From the NCBI GenBank assembly GCA_043812035.1, contig JBDRMR010000034.1:1-54991 (forward strand): a stretch of DNA of 54,991 bases. Reading direction: 5' to 3'. The notes under the pieces were generated by a model that saw only the letters and a list, made by a program, of their open reading frames with translations, was not told the origin of the DNA and made no database searches. This DNA comes from Candidatus Omnitrophota bacterium (lineage in GTDB: Bacteria; Omnitrophota; Gorgyraeia; Gygaellales; JAHJCI01). Positions 48,823 through 54,991 of this stretch are shown piece by piece. Made by a program: the position numbers and the translations under genes. Numbering within the stretch: the first letter of the stretch is position 1; the number at the start of each line of letters is the position of its first letter.

Positions 48823-50389
48823 CGGACTCGTTGAAATAAGCGTAAACAGGGTTATACCGGCTCAGAAGTGGAGAATAATCCGGCTCATAACCAGGATATG
48901 GGAATTCCCGGCTTATATGCCCAACGTTAAAGAGGCGGCGGTTATACATAAAAGTCATAATACGGTTAAAACCAAATGGAGAATTCAGGTAGATAAAGTT
49001 CCGGTAAGCTGGATTCAGGAAGAAAGGCTTGCCTTAAATCAAAACGCGATTTATTTTAAAGCCGTCGAAGGCGATTTAGGGGAATTTAACGGCGTATGGA
49101 AATTCAGCAACTGTCCTGAAGGCACCTGCGTAACCGTGACAGCTTCTTTAAGAGTGGATATTCCGGCAATCCGAACCTTCGCGGAAAATTACGTAAAGAA
49201 CCTGTTAATCAGGAATTTTGAAGCTATATTGGAATCTCTGGAGCGCCGGTTAATTTCGGCAAGGTATGAAAGTTACAAGCGAGGCGTATCCGAAAAGATA
49301 GCCGGCTTCGGAATCGTAGGGCACTTATACAACTTCTACCACTTAGAAAAATGCCTTAAAATGTTAAATCCGGATTTCAAGATGCCTTCCCGGGAATTTA
49401 TCAGCCAGATTTTTCACATTACCCCGTCTTTTAAGCTCTACGATATTTTAGATTTTAAGTCTAAAACCGGCGCAACGGCCAACGGATGTTTTATTGTGGC
49501 CACATTTATACCCGATATGATTGATAAAGACGTGTGGACCGTTTTCTCCAAGGTTGTCAGGGCCTGCAAGATTGCCGAAAAACACGGCGTGGGTATCGTG
49601 ACGCTGGGGGGCTTTGCTTCTATGGTGGCCGAGAGAATAGGACACCAGATTGTTGATGAGATAGATGTGCCGGTTACTACCGGCAATACCTTTACCGCGG
49701 CAATGGCGATAGACGGGATTCTCAAGGCTGCGCAAGACCTGAATCTGGAACTCGCCTCTGCCAAAGCGGCTATTGTAGGCGGTACCGGAGATATCGGCAG
49801 CGCCTGCGCGAGAGTATTGGCCGGGACGGTGCGGCAATTGACGATTACCGGACGAACAAAAGAACACCTGCGCAGTTTGAGAGCCGAGTTGAGAAAAAAG
49901 CGCAAAGCCAGGATTATCGCCACTACCGACAACGAATCGGCGGTGAAGGATGCGGATATCGTCATTTCTGCGGCAAGCGCAACTTCCGCAATCCTTAAAA
50001 TCGAGTGGTTTAAGCCCGGCTCGATAATCTGCGACGTAGGATACCCCAAGAATATTTCATACACCCCGACTGCGCGGCAGGATATTCTAATCTTCTCGGG
50101 CGGATTAGCCAAAACCCCTATGCCTATTTCGTTTCCCATCGATATAGGCTTACCGTCACCCGGCGTAACCTACGGATGCTTTGCGGAGGGTATCATTTTA
50201 TCCCTGGAGAAACGGTTCGAGAATTACAGTTTCGGCAGAGGAAACATTACCCCCCAGAAAATAGAAGAAATAAGAAATTTAGGCAAAAAACACGGCTTTG
50301 AAGTCTCCGGCTTCTATTGGGGAGACAAATTTATAGATGAGACAGCTATAGAAAAGATAAAAGAGGCAATCAATACTAAAATATCATAA
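48812..50389 (+). CDS. Fusion of an SRPBCC/START-like domain with a long-chain acyl-ACP reductase (aldehyde-forming)-like domain
   Basis: First about 150 aa: WEFPAYMPNVKE, EGDLGEFNGVW (cyclase/START pattern). From 49307: FGIVGHL, LGGF, TTGNTFTA, VGGTGDIGSA, DVGYPKN, YGCFAE, NYSFGRGNIT and KHGF, colinear with cyanobacterial AAR motifs. Confidence 0.82.
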   Translation: MQDSGLVEISVNRVIPAQKWRIIRLITRIWEFPAYMPNVKEAAVIHKSHNTVKTKWRIQVDKVPVSWIQEERLALNQNAIYFKAVEGDLGEFNGVWKFSNCPEGTCVTVTASLRVDIPAIRTFAENYVKNLLIRNFEAILESLERRLISARYESYKRGVSEKIAGFGIVGHLYNFYHLEKCLKMLNPDFKMPSREFISQIFHITPSFKLYDILDFKSKTGATANGCFIVATFIPDMIDKDVWTVFSKVVRACKIAEKHGVGIVTLGGFASMVAERIGHQIVDEIDVPVTTGNTFTAAMAIDGILKAAQDLNLELASAKAAIVGGTGDIGSACARVLAGTVRQLTITGRTKEHLRSLRAELRKKRKARIIATTDNESAVKDADIVISAASATSAILKIEWFKPGSIICDVGYPKNISYTPTARQDILIFSGGLAKTPMPISFPIDIGLPSPGVTYGCFAEGIILSLEKRFENYSFGRGNITPQKIEEIRNLGKKHGFEVSGFYWGDKFIDETAIEKIKEAINTKIS

Positions 50390-50416
50390 TTACAATAATA
50401 ACAATTTGAAGATAAA

Positions 50417-51718
50417 ATGGAAAAATTAGAAGCGGATATTGTAATTGTGGGTTCGGGCACAAGCGGGACTACTGTGGCTAAAGAATTAGCAACCAGGGGC
50501 AGAAAAGTTTTAATTGTGGAAAAAGGGCATTTTTTTTCTCAAGATAGGATTGGCTCCGAACTTCATGCTTACAAATTTTATGATAAACATGGGATATGGA
50601 GCAAGAGTAAAGAAGGAGTATTCTACTATCGGACAATAATGGTTGGGGGGACGTCAGTTGTTAGCTGCGCAAATGGTGTAAGAGCTCTTGAAAATGAATT
50701 TAAAAATTTAGGAATAGATTTAACAGAAGAATTTTTCGAAGTCGAGAGGGAACTCGGTATTAAACCCATTCCAAACAGATTTATCGGTAACGGCTCTAGA
50801 AAAATTATGGAGGCAGCAGGTAAACTTGGTTTTAATATGAAGCCAATGCCAAAATTTATAAATTTTGAAAAATGTATTTCTTGTGGAAATTGCGTTTTAG
50901 GATGTTGCTCAGGTGCAAAATGGACTGCTTTACAATATCTAAAAGAAGCTCAAGATAACGACGCCTCATTAGTTACAGGCATAAACATTACTAAAATATT
51001 AATTTCTAATGGCAAAGCTATTGGCATAGAGGGGTATAATCAGGCAGGAAGAAAAATAGAGATAATTGCTAACAATATAGTTTTAGCAGCAGGCGGGATC
51101 GGAACGCCTATAATTCTACAAAATTCTGGAATTGAAGCCGGACAAAAATTATTTTTAGACCTTTTTAATGTTACGATTGGACTAACTAAGGGTGTGGGGT
51201 TAATAAAAGAACCGGTGATGGCGGCAGTAAGTCATAGCGAAGGCTTTATTTTATCCCCCTTTATAGATAGTCCTCTTGTTTTAGCCTCGGTTATACCCGC
51301 ATCTCAAAGGCGTAATTTAAAAATTACTACACAGAGGAAGCATATGCTCGGTATTATGGTAAAAATAAAGGATGATTGTCTTGGTAGAGTTCACAAAGAT
51401 GGGTTAATAGAAAAAACAATAACTTCAAATGACATATTCGGATTAAATAAAGGAGCGGATATTGCGAAAGAAATCTTAATTAATGCTGGAGTCGATCCTA
51501 AAACAGTAATGACGACAAAAATTCGAGGCGCTCATCCTGGTGGTACGGCGGCTATGGGCGAGGTAGTTAATGAAAATTTTGAAACAAAGATAAAGGGACT
51601 TTTTGTTTGTGATGCCAGCATCCTGCCAACCTCACCGGGTTTACCACCAATTGTAACAATAATTGCGCTTTCGAAGAAATTCGTCAAGAATATCGTGGGC
51701 GTAAAAGAAAAGATATGA
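50417..51718 (+). CDS. GMC-family FAD oxidoreductase with a Cys-rich motif
   Basis: IVGSGTSG, VGGTSV, CISCGNCVLGC, LAAGGIGTP, HPGGTAAMG, VCDASILP and PPIVTI. Confidence 0.88.
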   Translation: MEKLEADIVIVGSGTSGTTVAKELATRGRKVLIVEKGHFFSQDRIGSELHAYKFYDKHGIWSKSKEGVFYYRTIMVGGTSVVSCANGVRALENEFKNLGIDLTEEFFEVERELGIKPIPNRFIGNGSRKIMEAAGKLGFNMKPMPKFINFEKCISCGNCVLGCCSGAKWTALQYLKEAQDNDASLVTGINITKILISNGKAIGIEGYNQAGRKIEIIANNIVLAAGGIGTPIILQNSGIEAGQKLFLDLFNVTIGLTKGVGLIKEPVMAAVSHSEGFILSPFIDSPLVLASVIPASQRRNLKITTQRKHMLGIMVKIKDDCLGRVHKDGLIEKTITSNDIFGLNKGADIAKEILINAGVDPKTVMTTKIRGAHPGGTAAMGEVVNENFETKIKGLFVCDASILPTSPGLPPIVTIIALSKKFVKNIVGVKEKI

Positions 51719-53898
51719 ATCTAAATATATATGTATGGGGTGGTTTAGTAACTGCTTTTACTAATCTAATGATTTCTTCGTTTGTTTATTTTAAAAATAG
51801 AAGGAGCCCCATTAATAAAATCTTTCCTTTATATTCTCTCAGTATAGGGTTATGGAGTTTTTGTTGGTCTAAGACGATTACAGCAACCGATGCGGCTATA
51901 GCGTTACATTGGTCTAAGGCTTTAAGTATAGGCTCTATACTTATTCCTGCATTTTTCCTACATTTTATTTTCACAATATTGAATATCGTAAAAAATAAAA
52001 AAAATATACTTATAGGAAGTTATATACTTGCTTTTGTATTTTTATTTTTTTGCTATTTCACTAATTTATTCATTAGGGGTGTGGCGCCTATATTCTCATT
52101 TAATTATCATATTCAACCCGGTCCAATTTATATATTTCATTTTTTATCTTTTATAGCAATGACTATTTACGGTGCTTTTGAATTATTTAAAGCATCTAAA
52201 ATTTCTGTTGGTTTAAAACGCAATCAAATAAGGTATTTATTTTGGGCTCTTATGATTGGTTATGTAGGAGGAGTAACAGCCTTTTTTCCAATTTATAAAA
52301 TACCAATGCCCCCTCTGGCAGTCTACACAATCCCCGTATGCATTATAGTTATTGCCTACGCCATAGTTAAATATAGCCTGATGGAAATCACAGTCACGAT
52401 AACGCGCACAGGGATATTTGTGGCGCTATATACCCTAGTTTTGGGGCTGCCGTTTCTTTTGGGAGCCTGGAATGAAGATTGGTTAATTGAATTTTTAGGA
52501 CCGAATTGGTGGTTAGGCCCGTTAGCTTTAATGGCCATCTTAGCTACCGCTGGTCCGTTTATTTATATCTTTCTTGAAAAAAGGGCTGAAGCGATACTTT
52601 TACGTGAGCAGCGTAAGTATCAGGAGACTCTAAAACAAGCGGCGAGAGAGATAGCCCGAATTCGTAATTTAAAAAGATTATTAAATCTAATTGTGCACAT
52701 CGTTACCAAAGCTGTCCGCATTTCCCATTCGGCAATATATTTATACGACGATATATCAAGGGAATTTATTTTAAGAGCAAGCCGCAATTTAGAAAAGAGA
52801 CAAATAGCATCATTGAGTAATAAAAATCCTTTGATTCTTTGGATCGAGAGACAAAAAGAACCTTTAGTTTACGAAGAGATAAACCGCAAGACCCAAAATG
52901 GCTACAGCTATATTTTTAAGGAAATAGAACAACAGATGCTTTCCCTGAATGCTAGTTTAATAGTGCCGGGTTTTCTTAAGGATAAGCTGTTGGGCTTTCT
53001 TATTTTAGGAAACAAGCGCTCCGGAGGATTTTATACTTCGGAGGATTTAAATACCTTCTCAGTATTAGCAAACCAGACTGCCCTGGCTGTGGAGAATGCC
53101 TTGCTTTACGAAAACATAGAGGATCAGGTCAGGCAGAGAACAAGAGAGCTGGTAGAGATGCAAAAACAACTCATTCAGGCAGAAAAAATGGCCACCGTCG
53201 GCACTCTGGCAGGCGGAGTAGCCCACGAAATAAATAATCCGCTCACCGCGATACTCACAAATGTTCAAATGCTTTTAACAATCAACGGTTCTCTTGATGT
53301 CGATTCGAAGGAATCTCTTGATCTGATAGAGGAAGCAACCAAGCGCTGCCGGACGATAGTCCAGAAATTAATGACTTACGCAAAAAAACCCCTGGAAACC
53401 GCGGAAATAAACGAGGTAAATTTATCTAAAGTCATTAAAAATATGATTTCTTTCCTCGAATACCAATTAGGACAAGATAATATCAAGGTAATCGTGGCTG
53501 CAGAAAAAGGCGACTATTTAGTAATGGGTAATCAAAATGAATTGGAGCAGGTCATAACGAATATGCTTTTAAACGCAAGAGACGCGGTGAGGCAGATAAA
53601 AAAAGGCGGCACGGTAAATATATCGCTTTCGAAAAGCGGCGATTGGATAAAAATTGAAATTAAAGACGAAGGCATAGGCATTCCACCGGAGACTATTCCA
53701 AAGATATTCGACCCGTTTTTCACCACGAAAGAGGTCGGGAAAGGAACCGGCCTGGGCCTTTCCATCTGCCAGTCTATCGTCGAGAAACACAATGGCATAA
53801 TTTCAGTCCGGTCCGAGCCCGATAAGGGCTCTGTGTTTACAGTCCAGCTTCCAAGAATAAAAGAGAAGAGTACGCTTAAAAGCAAGGTAAAGGTATAA
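51715..53898 (+). CDS. Membrane sensor histidine kinase (7TM-type N-terminus, GAF, HisKA, HATPase)
   Basis: Multi-TM N-terminus, GAF (LGNKRSGGFYTSED), AHEINNPL H-box, QVITNMLLNA, DEGIG, FDPFFTTK and GTGLGL. Confidence 0.93.
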   Translation: MNLNIYVWGGLVTAFTNLMISSFVYFKNRRSPINKIFPLYSLSIGLWSFCWSKTITATDAAIALHWSKALSIGSILIPAFFLHFIFTILNIVKNKKNILIGSYILAFVFLFFCYFTNLFIRGVAPIFSFNYHIQPGPIYIFHFLSFIAMTIYGAFELFKASKISVGLKRNQIRYLFWALMIGYVGGVTAFFPIYKIPMPPLAVYTIPVCIIVIAYAIVKYSLMEITVTITRTGIFVALYTLVLGLPFLLGAWNEDWLIEFLGPNWWLGPLALMAILATAGPFIYIFLEKRAEAILLREQRKYQETLKQAAREIARIRNLKRLLNLIVHIVTKAVRISHSAIYLYDDISREFILRASRNLEKRQIASLSNKNPLILWIERQKEPLVYEEINRKTQNGYSYIFKEIEQQMLSLNASLIVPGFLKDKLLGFLILGNKRSGGFYTSEDLNTFSVLANQTALAVENALLYENIEDQVRQRTRELVEMQKQLIQAEKMATVGTLAGGVAHEINNPLTAILTNVQMLLTINGSLDVDSKESLDLIEEATKRCRTIVQKLMTYAKKPLETAEINEVNLSKVIKNMISFLEYQLGQDNIKVIVAAEKGDYLVMGNQNELEQVITNMLLNARDAVRQIKKGGTVNISLSKSGDWIKIEIKDEGIGIPPETIPKIFDPFFTTKEVGKGTGLGLSICQSIVEKHNGIISVRSEPDKGSVFTVQLPRIKEKSTLKSKVKV

Positions 53899-53899
53899 A

Positions 53900-54436
53900 G
53901 TGAAATATCCAACTATTTTCCATCTTATTTCATCTGTATGTAGCTCAAGAAATATATCCTTATGTTTAATCGGAGGTTTTGCAGTTAATTATTATAAGGT
54001 AACGCGCCAAACTGCAGACGTAGATTTTTTGATTACGAAGAATGACTACGATAAAATACTAAGTTTATTGGAAGAAGAAGGTTTTAAACAAGACTACTCC
54101 CAAGAGGTATTTGCTAGACTTACCACCGAGAAATCATATTTGATGGACCTTGACTTTATGTTTGTAGATAAAGAAACGCTGGATAAAATTATCAGAGAAG
54201 GAAACCAGATTAGTATTGCTGGAAGGAAATTTATAGTTCCTTGCCTACTTCATTTAATCGCCCTTAAGTTACACGCAATAAAGTACAATCCTAAGGTTCG
54301 TGAATATAAAGATCTTGCGGATATTATCGAATTGATTAAAGTCAATAAAATAGACACAAGAAGCGATGAGTTTAAGAACCTGTGCCTAAAATATGGCACA
54401 GAAGAACTTTATCGTAAAATATTAGAAAAAATTTGA
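53900..54436 (+). CDS. Pol-beta-superfamily nucleotidyltransferase (toxin-like)
   Basis: IGGFAV..Y..TRQTADVDF, LIALKLHA and KDLADI. Confidence 0.8.
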   Translation: MKYPTIFHLISSVCSSRNISLCLIGGFAVNYYKVTRQTADVDFLITKNDYDKILSLLEEEGFKQDYSQEVFARLTTEKSYLMDLDFMFVDKETLDKIIREGNQISIAGRKFIVPCLLHLIALKLHAIKYNPKVREYKDLADIIELIKVNKIDTRSDEFKNLCLKYGTEELYRKILEKI

Positions 54437-54437
54437 G

Positions 54438-54620
54438 GTGTTTAAAATGGAAGAACTTAAATTACCCATTATTAAGGAATCGCTCCCTGTTGCCAAATGC
54501 TTATCTATGGAAGATTACGTAAAATTTGTCACCTTAAATTTAAAATATACTATAAATAAAAAAACTGTTAGAAAACAGAAGAAGTTGACCGCAGTGAATG
54601 TGCCGTTTTCGCTAAGGTGA
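54438..54620 (+). CDS. Small hypothetical protein, possible partner of the nucleotidyltransferase
   Basis: 60-aa ORF coupled to the upstream gene. The ATG at 54447, after GAGGTG, is an alternative start. Confidence 0.55.
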   Translation: MFKMEELKLPIIKESLPVAKCLSMEDYVKFVTLNLKYTINKKTVRKQKKLTAVNVPFSLR

Positions 54621-54691
54621 TTATTTTGCGTATTAATTTCTAAAGGAAGCGATCCCGGAGGGAGCAGTATAACTATACCAGGAGAATAAAA

Positions 54692-54991
54692 ATGGCTAAA
54701 AAAATCTTGGTTATCGATGACGAAGAGCTGATCATAAAATCGCTCAGAAAATTATTAGAAAAGAACGGATTTGCGGTCTTTGTCGCCAAAAACGGTCAGG
54801 ACGCGATAGTGATGGCCGAAGAGGAAGACTTTGACCTGATAATCGCTGATATAAGAATGCCCGGCATAAACGGAGTGGATACGACACAGTTCATTTTCGA
54901 GAACCTGCAAAAAAGAAACTCTGAGAAAATCCCCGTTATATTCATTACCGGATACGCAGACAAGGCAATTGAAAAAAAGGCGGCAGCGCTT
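54692..54991 (+). CDS. Response regulator receiver domain (partial, runs off the window)
   Basis: AGGAG RBS, then MAKKILVIDDEE...DLIIADIRMPGING...PVIFITGYA. Confidence 0.93.
   Translation, partial: MAKKILVIDDEELIIKSLRKLLEKNGFAVFVAKNGQDAIVMAEEEDFDLIIADIRMPGINGVDTTQFIFENLQKRNSEKIPVIFITGYADKAIEKKAAAL

Noticed and set aside
48812-50389. Calling this protein a shikimate dehydrogenase or polyketide cyclase
   Set aside because: Those labels fit only the Rossmann fold or the N-terminal domain. The ordered AAR-type motifs across the C-terminal 360 aa fit better, and no PKS genes are nearby.
50870-50910. Separate ferredoxin gene from CISCGNCVLGC
   Set aside because: The motif is internal to the GMC oxidoreductase ORF, and similar Cys motifs occur within this family.

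Overview
Bacterial chromosomal segment in which every credible gene lies on the + strand. It opens with the tail of a surface-glycan modification cluster (B12-radical SAM and a GT-C glycosyltransferase), followed by guaB3-guaA-dnaE, with a LAGLIDADG intein in dnaE. Next is the core superoperon tRNA-Thr-rpmG-tRNA-Trp-secE-nusG-rplKAJL-rpoBC-str-S10-spc-alpha, which has no rpmD. A tightly packed metabolic and signalling run follows: leuC-like, pilT, leuD-like, idh, mdh, lpdA, lipB, a free lipoyl domain, plsC-like, a START/acyl-ACP-reductase fusion, a GMC oxidoreductase, a 7TM histidine kinase, a nucleotidyltransferase plus small ORF, and a partial response regulator. The gene content would fit an uncultured PVC-type lineage such as Omnitrophota, but this is inference only. 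The main points of interest are: (1) a cyanobacterial-type acyl-ACP reductase fused to a START domain, with no aldehyde-deformylating oxygenase in the window, sitting between an acyltransferase, a GMC oxidoreductase and a sensor kinase; (2) a GuaA whose synthetase motifs are systematically degenerate; (3) a secY 3' end carrying two in-frame stops within a cluster of apparent N-to-A changes; (4) a uL3 with a large internal deletion; (5) a relic tRNA 5' fragment just upstream of tRNA-Trp; and (6) several families of small palindromic or heptamer elements in ribosomal operon spacers. All calls come from reading motifs by eye against remembered family consensus; no searches were run.
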